Assembly (NCBI RefSeq): GCF_028641065.1
Contig: NC_073391.1
Coordinates: forward strand, 20,212,001 to 20,276,000
Length of the DNA: 64,000 bases
From: Leucoraja erinacea
Lineage: Eukaryota
Direction: 5' to 3'
The notes under the pieces were generated by a model. That model made no database searches. It saw nothing but the letters and a program-made list of their open reading frames with translations, and had not been told where the DNA came from. A program made the position numbers and the translations under genes. Positions 12,161 to 24,185 of the stretch are shown here, piece by piece (the first letter of the stretch is position 1; every line of letters begins with the position of its first letter).

Positions 12161-12700
12161 AAGATATGAGGCAAAGAAAGAGGCAAATGTGTGAAAAACC
12201 TTGTTGTAGCACAGGAGATGGAGAACTGAGAAACGGGCCATTTTTTGCATTGCATAGCATCGGATCAAATATAGCTAATATGGAGTTCTTACACTTTTAA
12301 TGTAGCCTTGATAGCCTGCGATTGAAATTAAAATCCAGAAAGCTAAATGTCAGAGATGACTAGTCCTTATCTTAAACGTGCTTAATTGGGGTCACTGCAA
12401 AGCTAATGTGGCATCTGTGTCATTCAGAACAAGCTTGGACTGATATGTGATGTAATTTGGTCTGATGTTTGAAAGGCATTGCATGATTGAGGGTAATGGC
12501 AGCAACTGTCCTACCTGACTTCAGCAACTGGGGCAGTGCCATATGTTAATCTAATCACCCACGCCCCCATCACTTTAAGATTTTGACGACTTTGCACTGA
12601 TGTATTGTCTCCTGTATTATTGAGCTTAGTGACTATTAAATAATTATTTAATGGCATCGAGTTTAATTTAAATATCACAACTTTTTTTTACCCTTCACAG

Positions 12701-12809
12701 GATGCAGAAAATGCGATCGTCCACATGGGAGGACAGTGGCTGGGAGGCCGGCAAATTCGAACAAACTGGGCAACACGTAAACCACCAGCTCCGAAAAGTG
12801 CACCAGAGA
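12701..12809 (+). CDS. TIAL1: TIAL1 exon ~7: [36 protein letters not shown]
   Basis: ttcacag / A|gtaggt, 109 nt. AIVHMGG is TIAL1-diagnostic. Confidence 0.97.
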
Positions 12810-13109
12810 GTAGGTTTCTCAATCTATATTATGTGAATAGCTTTTAAATTAAGCAGAATTTTATATTAAACTGAGGTGTTTTTCCATAAAATAAACTCTC
12901 AAAACAATAGAAATAATGAATTTGCAGGCAGCTAATTTTAATTATTTTATTTTACCATTTGTTAACTATTTGCAACCATTTTCACAAAACTCTCACATTT
13001 AGTGTACAGTTATGAAATATCCAGTTCAGATCATTTTTAGAATGCCCAAAGAATATAGTGGTCATTTGAATACCTATCTTCTAAAAAACGGTTATGTAGT
13101 TATGTAAAT

Positions 13110-13465
13110 TCGTGTGATAGGAGCAGAATTAGGCCATTCAGCCCATCAAGTCTACTCTGCCATTTAATCATGGATGATCTATCTTTCCCTCTGAACCGCA
13201 TTCTCCTGCCTTCTCCCCATAACCCCTGCCACCCATACTAATCAAGAACCTACTTATTCCTGCTGTAAAAAATATCCATTGACTTGGCTTTCACAGCCTT
13301 CTGTGATGATGAATTCCATAGATTCACCACCCTCTGACTAAAGAAATTCCTCCATCTCCTTCCTAAAGGAACATCCTTTAATTCTGAGGCTATGACCTCG
13401 GGTCCTAGACTCTCCCACCAGTGGAAACATACTCTCCACATCCACTCTATCCAGGCCTTTCACTA
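13110..13465 (-). mobile_element. CR1 LINE 3' fragment
   Basis: Minus ORF RNFFSQRVVNLWNS; same subfamily as 44280-44650 and 54788-55205. Confidence 0.88.
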
Positions 13466-14302
13466 ATCACCTTTCACATTGTCCTGTGTGAAGGTAAAGG
13501 ACATTTACAAATCTTTAGAAGAAATTATAAAATGTTGAGAGACGGGCAGCAAGCAGCGTGGATTTAAGACAGTGATGGTATGGTCAGGGAAGGCTGCCGT
13601 GTTTTTTTAAGGACATGGTCAAACTGTAGTAACGCATGGTGAAAGTGGAAAAATAAGTTTACGATGTGGGCAAAAAATGTGGCACCATATTTAAGGAAGA
13701 TGCAATGCTGATTCGCAATGATGCTGTCTGTTATCATGAAACAAACAGACTGAGTTTTTTTTATAATATTAAAACAGTGCTTGGTATTGTAAGCTGGTTT
13801 CTCATGGGTGGAAGAAAACGGCCTCTGTGGACATCAACGTACAAATTGAATGCAAGAATTTGGGGCAAAGCAAGAGGAAGTTGCAGGGCTGTTTTTCATT
13901 GATGTCGAGATAATATCACCACTTTTAAGTGACTGAGAGATAGCACATTGAACACATTGTGGAAAGAATCACCACAATTAATTGAGCAACAGATGGGAAC
14001 ATTGTAGACTATTGTATTATTTGAATTTTCCATTTCACTGTGTTTTGGCTTTGCTCTTGCCTGGTGTTTTATAGTCAAACTGCACAGCACACTCATTATA
14101 AATGCTGGGAGGGCTTTGGGTATTATGTAGAGTAACTTGATGCAAGATGCCCAGCCTCTGGTTTGATCTTGTAGTCGCAGCATTAGTGTAGTTGAATTTC
14201 TGATCAGTGGTCAGAACAATTTGTAAATAAGCCACATTGATTATGGTTCATATTAGTTCCTTGTTATTGCTTCTAATATATGGCCACATTTTTTTCTTTT
14301 AG

Positions 14303-14398
14303 ATGGTTCTAAGCAACTAAGATTTGAAGAAGTAGTTGGTCAATCCAGTCCTTCAAATTGTACGGTTTACTGTGGAGGTATATCATCAGGTCTAACAG
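14303..14398 (+). CDS. TIAL1: TIAL1 exon ~8: (N)[31 protein letters not shown]
   Basis: ttttag / G|gtatgg, 96 nt; RRM3 RNP2 VYCGGI. Confidence 0.96.
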
Positions 14399-14462
14399 GT
14401 ATGGACCATGTTGAATAAATATTTGGCAACCAGACCCGTCTTCTAAAATATGTAGATATTAA

Positions 14463-14582
<120 letters not shown>

Positions 14583-14905
14583 TAGGCTTCGTTTGTTTTA
14601 TCTAAATTATAGCTAAGTTAAAACATTGTTTAATGTGTTTAAGCAGGTTGTAAAACCTGCATGTTTTTCATTGCTGCTAGTTAATATTTTTTTCCCTTTT
14701 CAATCCTTATCAATAAGTCACAACATTATCTCCAGTTATATCTTGATTGACCACGCATTTTGGAAAAATGTTAGTTTGCATTGTTGCTATTTTTTTTAAG
14801 TTTCCAATTCAGACCACATAATTTTAGGACTTTTTCCTTCAGACTGCATTCACTTCAGTAAAGGATCAGTAATGGCCATGGCTATCGAATGGCCTACTCC
14901 TGCAC

Positions 14906-15710
14906 CTATTTTTTAGCTTTGAAAAACTCCCTTGGTGCTTTAGCAGTATGTTTGGGATCATTGTCTTGCTGTAGAATGAACCGCAGGCCAATGAGTTTTG
15001 AGGAATTTGTTTGAACTTGAGCAAATAGGATGTGTCTCTGCTCTTCAGAATTCATCATGCTACTACCATCAGCAGTTGTACCATCAATGAAGATAAATGA
15101 GCCAGTACCTTCAGCGCCATACATGCCTAGGCCATAACACCCCCACCACCGTGTTTCACAGATGAGGTGGTATGCTTTGGATCTTGGGCAGTTCCATCTC
15201 TCCTCCATACTTTGCTCTTGCCATCACTCTGATACAAGTTAATCTTCATCTCATCTGTTCACAAGACCTTTTTCCAGATCTGTTGTTGCTCTTTTAAGTG
15301 CTTCTTGGCAAATTGTAACCTGGCCATCCTACTTTTGCAGCTAACCAGTGGTTTGCATCTTGCAGTGTAGCCTCGGTATTTCTGTTCATGAACTCTTCTG
15401 TGGACAGTGGTCATTGCCAAATCCACACCTGACTCCTGAAAAGTGTTTCTGATCTGTTGGACAGGTGTTTGGGGATTTTTCTTTATTATAGAAAGAATTC
15501 TTCTGTCATCAGCTGTGGACGTCTTCCTTGGCCTGCCAGTCACTTTGCGATTAGTAAGCTCACTTTCTTCTTAATGATGTTCCAAACAGTTGATTTTGTT
15601 AAGCCTAACAGTTTTATGCTTGTTTCTCAGTCTCATAATGCCTTCTTTGACTTTCATTGGCACAACTTTGGTCCTCATGTTGATAAACAGCAGCAAAAGT
15701 TTCCAGAGGT
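14906..15710 (-). mobile_element. Internal fragment of the same Tc1-like family (no TIRs visible)
   Basis: Minus ORFs GRPRKTSTADDRRILSIIKKNP and FILQQDNDPKHTAK; aligns by eye with 3110-4470. Confidence 0.9.
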
Positions 15711-15994
15711 AACTTGGCACATAAACCTGGGGTTTATGTGCCATGTGACTCAGTAGGAGCCACGTATCAAGTTTGGTTGGGTTGAACATTCCCATTATCT
15801 TGCACATCATTGAATTAATGGTTTTATGCAGTCTGGCTGGTGTAGAACAGCCAGAATGGCCATTTTCCAACACGAGTTCTACATTCCTGCCAGCTAAATC
15901 TTGCAGATTTTGTAAGCTCCTAGATTGTCAGAGGTTCGAGCATATATATATGTTTATTCAGGCACATATATAACTAATATTTTTGTTATTGTAG

Positions 15995-16118
15995 GTTTGG
16001 CACACATGATAGTGCTGCTCATGCTATTGTGTCGGTCAATGGAACTACTATTGAAGGCCACGTAGTTAAATGCTATTGGGGTAAAGAAACTACTGATACT
16101 ACCAACAAGTATCAACAG
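15995..16118 (+). CDS. TIAL1: TIAL1 exon ~10: [41 protein letters not shown]
   Basis: ttgtag / CAG|gtaatg, 124 nt; end of RRM3. Confidence 0.97.
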
Positions 16119-16220
16119 GTAATGTGATGTGTGGGATATCTTTTGCAACCAAGGAGAACCTGTGACTTTTAATGGTGAGCATAAGCTCTAATATCTAGTA
16201 CAATTATTGTTTTTATTCAG

Positions 16221-16363
16221 ATGGAATTTGCTCAGCCCTGGGGTCAGTGGGGCCAGTGGTATGGCAATGCCCAGCAATATGGCCAGTATGTAGCCAATGG
16301 TTGGCAAGTGCCCCCTTACGGAATGTATGGCCAAACATGGAATCAACAAGGATTTGGAGTAGA
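16221..16363 (+). CDS. TIAL1: TIAL1 exon ~11, prion-like domain: [47 protein letters not shown](D)
   Basis: ttttattcag / GA|gtaagt, 143 nt; Q/G/Y/W-rich. Confidence 0.96.
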
Positions 16364-16900
16364 GTAAGTAATGTACTGAACAAAGTTTAAGGTCAATTAA
16401 CATTTTCGCATTTGTGGAGAACTAGGCATATAAAATTGATGATGATGTCACTTTGTCACGTACCTCATTAGGCACCATGAAATTATTAGTTTTTGCACAC
16501 AAGTACACAAGAGTCGCCACAAAGGTGCCGACAAAGTTATTCATCCCATCTGAGTCCCGCGGTTCTCTGCGGCACGACCCGTCCACTTTGGCCTGACGGC
16601 GTCCTCAGCCCTACTACTCCTGAGGCTCTGTCCCGGCCCAAGACCTCCTCGAGGCACTGTCCTGACCCGTCCATGGCCCGACTCGACCTAGAGGCTCCGA
16701 CACCAGCCCAACAGGTCTCTACTCGGCAAGAGCTGGATATGTTATCTTGTGGGTTTTGTGAGAAAATTAGTTTGGTATGTTTACCCAACACCCTAACCGG
16801 TCATCTTGAGGTGTTTTAATAATTATACAATTCGTGCACTTTTTTGGATGTTTTTATTTTAAATTGCAAAAATAACCACATATATTTTCTTTCTTTGCAG

Positions 16901-17021
16901 CCAGCCTCCATCTACAACTGCCTGGGTAGGTGGATTTGGTGCTCAGCCACCCCAAGGACAGGGTACTGCTGTTATACCTAATCAGGCTGGCTTTGGAATG
17001 GCAGGTTACCAGACACAGTGA
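16901..17021 (+). CDS. TIAL1: TIAL1 last coding exon: QPPSTTAWVGGFGAQPPQGQGTAVIPNQAGFGMAGYQTQ*
   Basis: ttctttgcag acceptor; TGA at 17019-17021; C-terminal YQTQ as in TIAR. Confidence 0.96.
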
Positions 17022-18560
17022 GCGGGGACTCATTCTGTTTACCTCAAGCAAAGAGGAGCCCAGATTTTTCTAATGACATCAATGTTCACTGACACCATGA
17101 ACAAAATATAGACTATTTATTTTAGAGCTGAATATTTTAAAAAATTATATCGCAGCTGAGCTCATGGTGGAGGATGTGAAGTATTTCCCAGTTCCTTTTT
17201 GCTCTGGGATGGGGAGGGTCTGGGGAGGTGGGAATATATAATCTGTTAATTGGTTTTTGAAGAGCGAAGTAATCGAGAATGATGAATTTATTTTGAAAAT
17301 GAAGTGCTTTTCTGTCTGAATTTAAAAATAAATGCAGTGTTAGTGGGAAAATGTCAACAAGACTTTTGACAATCTTTTTTAATTTGAACATTCCTCAATA
17401 TTAATTACATACTGTTATAAAGGGATTTTTAATGCGTTGTATCCTAAAACCTAGCTTAATATTCAGTGACCACAAGAAAGGTGAATTTCTCATTGCCACA
17501 GACCGACTAGCTGTTGTTTTATTGGAAAATATCTAAATCTGGAAGTGCCAGTGCACTGACAAAGATCAAGGTGCCTCAAGTTTACTTTCAACTTTCAGCT
17601 TTGAGTTGGTTCTGTAGCTTCAGCATCTAACGCATGGAAGAAGCAGCCGCTGGTGGAAGCAACATTTAAAAAAACAATGGGTTGCACTACACTCTAAACA
17701 TCATCAGGAAACTATAAAAGGGAGCACTGGCAATATTTGGACTGCTGGCATCCCTTGCACTGTTTTGGTTATTTCAGAGGTGTACTCTACATACGTGCAT
17801 ACATCTGCGGAAAGGGGTTTAGAGTGTAGGTTACATGTGTAAATATCTATATAAAGAACATTTAATACTGATAATTTTCAAAGCATGTCCTCCTGTATAG
17901 ATCTCACAATTAACTACTTTGTTTCGATTAGCTATTAAAAGATAAAAGTAATTCATTTGTACAGAACCCATGTAGCCAGTTGCCCAGAATATGCAGTGTA
18001 TGGCTGTTTCATAAGAGTATGTTAATATATCTTCCCTACTACAGTAACGTGGTATGTAAAATTATACAAAGTAAACTTCAAACTGAAGCCTTAAATTTTA
18101 TTTCTTCATGCAACTTAGTGACATATAGATTAGTTTCAGTGCTTTTTTTAGTTTTAATTCTGTTGCTGTGCTTTGTTAAAACCATTAAGATTTTTGAATC
18201 ATAAAATTAACGCAAGGTTGAATATTTTCTTCAGGCTGTCTGCACTGGAGTGTTTTAAATCTAAACTTAACAATGTAAAATGTAAAATCATGTCAAAACC
18301 AACTGTTTCATTTTAACAGTAAGATGTGCCATTTGTTAATTGCTGGTGCAGTGTAAAAATCTGTACCATTTATAAAACTTAATTTTAAGGATATTTTTGA
18401 GTGGTTGCATGTTGGTGCGATTCACTTTGTAAAAAAAAAAGGCTTGTTCATTTGAGTGTTAGGTGTGGAATGGGTGGATTATGAATACATGCAGAAAATG
18501 ACAATGTTGTGTCTAGATTACTTTGTTCTGTATTTAAAAATAAAATGATTTTAAAACAAT
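17022..18560 (+). other. TIAL1: Probable TIAL1 3' UTR with alternative polyadenylation signals
   Basis: Repeat-free AU-rich stretch; AATAAA at 17327-17332 and 18539-18544. The true end is not determinable from sequence. Confidence 0.6.
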
Positions 18561-19224
18561 TTTATCATGTCCAGTTAGATTGTCTTGCTTATATGGGGTT
18601 AGCCACTTTTAATGATTGCACGGTCTAACCTGCATTAATCATGAAAGTTGCTTTAAAAATCATTGGAAACTTTATGGGTTTAATCTCTTTCATCTGATCA
18701 TTAAACTTTCATTTGAATAGACGTTGCCACCTTTTTCAAAAAGTGACTGTCAGCATGGAATTGTCCCATCAAAGCACATTGGATCATCTGGCATCAGAAA
18801 TGAGAAACACTTATTCTTGGTGCTCTTAGGTTTTAGTATCTTTAAAAGAGACTACCTTATGCAGCACCCAATTCATGCTGATGGTGATGCTGCTGTATTA
18901 TTGCAGTTTGGTTGTGGTCAATTTATTTTGCATTGCGAAATATTGAAACGCTCTTTGATACTTGAAGGCAAGATGAATGAATGGAAATGGTAAATTTAGT
19001 ATAATATACAGAATTAGGAACTATTGATTTTGTTGAGTATTATTTTATGTTTGGATTTTTAGAAGTAGAGCACAGAAATAGGTCCTTCAGTGAGACGGCA
19101 CCAATCATCGTACACATTTGCATTTGTTCTCACCAGATTCCCGTCTGTTATTGCTGCCCTCTTCATGTTCTCTCCCCCCCCCCCCCCCCCCCCCCACCCA
19201 CTGCTAACTTAATTTCACCACTCA

Positions 19225-19410
19225 CCAGCACATGTGGTTATTTGTAGAAACCAATCAAACTGTCATCAAGATGTTGGAGGAAAGCACTGTACCTGAGCGA
19301 AACCGATAAGGCCACAGAGAGCATATGAAATCCATACTGATTGCACCTGAGATCTGGATTGAACCTGGGTCACTGGAGCTTGGAGGCAGCAGCTCCACTA
19401 GTTCCATAAC
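19225..19410 (-). mobile_element. Degenerate tRNA-derived V-SINE (HE1-like)
   Basis: Reverse complement resembles the head of 23860-24185 (gattgaacctgggtcactggagct...ggcagcagctccac). Confidence 0.65.
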
Positions 19411-22400
19411 TACATGGCTGAGATTTATCAAGACCTACAGCATATACAATACGATAGAACTTTATTTATCCCCAGGATCTGCCAACAGTCATAAAATAAA
19501 TACAACCAAATATTAATCAAGAATATTTAAAAAGCTGTGCTTTATTTAACTATTTGAAATTGCACCAGTTCTGTTTATTTAAGAGGCACTCATTTTTTTC
19601 CCCTTTTCCCCCATAACACACAGCACATTGTACATAAGTATTATCAAATGCATTACTGCAGTTTTGGTTAATTTGTGCTGCTTTTTTTTATGAAAAGGGG
19701 TGATAGTAATCACAAAGTCTAGCTTTTTGGCGTGCTAACACAACATTTAAAATACCCAAAGAAGCTTAACATAATTTTCAAGTCTTGTCTAATACCTACT
19801 GTGGAATACATTGAATAAAATTTCAAAGACACAAGAAGGAAAGCAGTATTCTCTTTCTATAGAAAACCATTGTTTTGCAGTGGTTAGGAAATTAAGCAAC
19901 ATTTGAAAAATAGTAGATTATTCAACCCTTAAGTCCTTCAATTACATTGTGCTGATTTGTATCAATTCTATAGTCCTCAACCTTAATTGTGGCAGTTTCA
20001 CTTATTCCATATTTTATATTTCATATCAATAAACAATTCTGTCACTGATAGTCTATGATACTTGTAGATACTACATTAATTGTTGTGCAAGGTAACAAGC
20101 ACAACTTTATAGCTGTCAATTGTTAAAGGCATTGTTCAATTGCTGTTTTTGTTTACACAACTGGATAATGTAGCTAGTTTTATATCTGTAAGACCGTGCT
20201 AATTGTGCAGAGCTTTCGATATTATCTGCTTTTGATTTCATAATCACACCTATTTTTTCCAGTTAGCTTTTGCATGTAGGAATATGACTCGTCTTGGCTC
20301 ATTCATTCATTGTTCATAGGTGCATTTGCTTGGACATTTCTAATTTGCACTGGCTAGTTAATGGTAGGATGATGAATATCTCAACATCTGTGTACAGTAG
20401 GAATGTTTATTTCTTGGATTTGTGGTTACAACTTTCTGGCTTACAAACTCAAGCTATTGAACCTCTATTTTTGTATATTTTCAAGCACGTTTCATCGATT
20501 TGCTTTCTGTCAAATTGTTCTGTTTTCTCTAATGAATATGAAAACATTGACCCGTCACCCTTGTATCTTTGGGGTGGTTATAGAAGAGTTTCATAGTTGT
20601 GCTGTTCTTTGAGGATAAATGTTTCCCAATTTTACCATTGAATAGTTTGGCACCAATTATTTAGCATAAATTTTCTGAATTTTCCATCTATCCAACTGAA
20701 TATAATTTCTAATGTCTTGATTAAGTTATCATTCAACTTCCAGTATTTTGGGGAATATTATTCAACATATTCTCATAAACCTAGGTGATCAGAAGAATTG
20801 GGGATTTACTTTAAGGTAATGTATTAAGGTGGGGCTCATCGGAGAAAATGCCAGTGATCCGTCTGGGTTTTGCATTAATGAATCATAACTTTCAAATAAG
20901 TTTCAATTACGATGATTAATATTTAAAATAAAACCAAATGAAAATAAATCATTTTGGTTTGATTTTTATACGATTATAGTTATCGTCACGACATTTAGAT
21001 GAAAGCTGGAAACTGGTGTTGATTTTATTTTTCCGATGTCGGGTTTCACCCGCAGTGTTATTCTGCAAGTTGATTGCATTATTTCAGTCCAATGTGTGAC
21101 CTGTAAAATGGCATTACGTGAACTTGGTATGTAGTTGTCTGAAGTTTAAAATAAGCATGCGATTTTCCTACTGCTGGCACAGCATGAGCTTGCAGGTGAC
21201 AGAGGTAAAGTTTTAAAATGTTCGTAATGGCTCCTTGGTGAAAAGCATAACATCTCCATCAACTCATGAGAATTCCTGGCCTTTGACTTCAAAATGAAGG
21301 ACCATTCACAATGGCATTGACTACCAAGAGTCAATTATGGACACAAAAGACTAAAATAAATTGGATAAAGTGCAACATCTCCCAAACCATCCTCCTTCTA
21401 GAGTCTGTGGATCTGACCATTTGTGGAGGGAAAAGACAGACCATTTTAGGTTGGGGCACATCCATCACGGGACACAAGAAACTACAGATGCTGGAATCTT
21501 GAGCAAATAATAAACTGCTGGAGGAATCATGGGCCAGGTAGCATCTGTGGCAGGAATGGACAAACAATGTTTTGGGTCAGGATACTTCAGACGTATTAGG
21601 CAATTTGAAACCCACAGAACTGGAGGAGAAGTGAAATAAAAAATATAAAATACCAGAAATGTTCAGTAGTTCAGGCCACATTGGTGGGAAAAGAAATAAC
21701 TTAATAAAACTTACAGTTGTACAATTCCTTTTACAAGCATAGCTCTTCGTTTCCAATTAGACTTTGGGTTGTAATGTAGGAAGCTCCTCGGATATTTGCA
21801 CAATGTAATCTTCAACAAACAGCCAATTGAGATGAAATAGATTATCTGTTTAGTGAAAATACAAATGTGATCCTATTAAAATTTCATGCAAAATGTTAGA
21901 TTTGTGGTATTGCCTTCATTGTGCCTCTCAAATATCGTTGCCGTCCAAAACAAAACAATAATGGCATCTTCCTCTCATTTTGCCCAGCCTTTTTGTAAAG
22001 TAGTTTTCCTCATTTATTATTGTTTCCATATTTCCGGGTTAAATTGCTCTTTTAGAATTTATGCATTAACACCAAGTTTGATGAATTGAAGATGCTTCTT
22101 CATTTTTACATTTTTCTTTTTAAGTCTGCCTATTTTATTTGCTCGGAGCAAATCTGCAAACTACTTTGTACAGATGGTTCTGAATATAATAGAAGTGATC
22201 CATAACAACATGCACGTAAATGCAGCAATGTTGGAGGAAAGAATTGCCAAGATATTACAAAACAAAACTTTTTATTGACTCTTGATTTGAACACATAAAG
22301 AAGGAAATGTGAAATGAAACTGGTTTTTGATGAGAATTCCTTCAGAAATAGTTTTAGGTTAGCTTTTTGCAACACAGTAGTTCGCCGGTTATTGTGTTGC

Positions 22401-23129
22401 AGAAAAGGACATGGAAAGGATATCCATGCATATGATTATAGGGGTACAATACCAGCTCATGTTGTCATGGCAACATGGACAATGAAGCCAACATACTCAA
22501 TGAAACTAGAGTAAAAGATGCCGGTGCAGTCTTAGATCACTGAAACCAACACATTTAGATTAGTTATAAAGTACAGATATATCACTTCCTGCATATTTTA
22601 ATCAATCTAATTTTTTCCTCAATTCTCTACATTCCATGGCAGAAGGAATAAAAAGCACTGCCCGAGAACAAAATTGAAATTCCCTCCGAAATGCAATTTC
22701 TTCAGTTTTTGACTCATCGTGTTTTGTAATTTTGTTTTCTACACCTATGTTGTGATATAGGTATAGCCCTTCCATATATCCATATGTTAGCACTATAGCT
22801 GCAGTGAATGGAAACGTGTGAACAAAGCTTAAATGTTCAGAGTCAATTAAGTAAAATGACTTTCTACTTTAGATTATTTTCATTAAACATTAACCAATGC
22901 ACCTAATCCAGATTCTAACATTATTTTTGAGGCAGAATAAAGCTGTGGACTGTTTATCTATAATGGAATGCTCACCTAGAGTGCAATAATAAACAAAAAA
23001 TCAATCCTAAATACAAAAGAAAATTCAACTGTATCAGTAATGTTAGCCATCCCACCTTACAGTTCTCTACCTTGATGGATTCCCAACAGATTTTCCACTG
23101 CTTCATATCCAGGATATGGTTTCTTCATA

Positions 23130-23227
23130 GGTACACAAAATTGCTGGAGAAACTCAGCGGGTGCAGCAGCATCTATGGAGCGAAGGAAATGGGCGACGTT
23201 TCAGGCCGAAACCCTTCTTCAGACTGA
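23130..23227 (-). mobile_element. Penelope terminal repeat fragment with hammerhead-like core
   Basis: Minus strand reads CTGAAGA-AGGGTTTCGGCCT-GAAA-CGTC at 23222-23195. Confidence 0.7.
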
Positions 23228-23859
23228 TGCAAGGTTCCTTCATATTGGCTGCTGGTCAGCGAAAGAAAATAATTGGCATCTTTATTTTGCACTGATTATA
23301 TTACCAGACGCTCCAGGATTTCTCCATGGCCAGTGGATTTGTTTTTGCAGTGTAGCCATCGCAATCATAGACAAGTAGACCAGCTTATTTACATAGGGCA
23401 TGGTCCCATATGTATAAGATAACACTAGTTAATATATTTGGTGCCTGTCTCAAAAGTTTCTCAGGACTAGATGGATTCTGTGCTTTCTCTCTGATCATGC
23501 TTACAATCCAAATCTCTTAGGATATCATTTTTCACCTTAAAAATGAAAGTGCAACAGCCAAAAAATCTTTATTGCCGGTTTGTTTTATCATTCAGAAATC
23601 CATGTTATTGTTCTATCCACTGAGGGAGTGAATGCACCAAGTTTGGGTCACCAAGAAAGATTGATCATGACATTGTTAAAATGAAGTATCTGTTCACCCT
23701 TGTCTGGAAAATGCTGGCAATAAAAGCCTACTGATATACAACATCAATTCCTGTCAGGCAGCTGCTCAAAGAATTTTCAGACATCTGGCAACAGAAATGT
23801 TATCAAGTTGACCGAGATGCCAATCACACAGGGAAATTCCCATAGACAGCAAAATGGTA

Positions 23860-24185
23860 GGGCGGCCCAGTGACACAGCTGGTAGAGCTGCTGGCTCACA
23901 GAGCGAGAGACCTGGGTTTGATCCCGACTGGGTGTTGTCAGTGTGGAGTTTGTGCATTCTCGCTGTGACTGCGTGGGTTTCATTCGGGTGCTCCGGTTTC
24001 TTCCCACAGCCCAACAACATGCTGGTTTGTAGGTTCATTGGCCTCTGTAAATCACTCCTAGTGTGTCGAGAATAGATGCGAAAGTGAGATAACAGAACTA
24101 GTGTGAATAGATGGTCTGAATGAATTTGGTGCGCCGAAGGGCCCGTTTCAATGCTGTACCGCTGAACTAAACAAAACTAACCTAA
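23860..24185 (+). mobile_element. tRNA-derived V-SINE (HE1-like), near full length
   Basis: A/B-box-like head (ggtttgatccc), V-domain gtgtggagtttg...gggtgctccggtttcttcccaca, CR1-like tail and short A-rich repeats. Confidence 0.88.

Noticed and set aside
23860-23935. tRNA gene
   Set aside because: The tRNA-like head continues into a V-SINE body and tail; it is a SINE.
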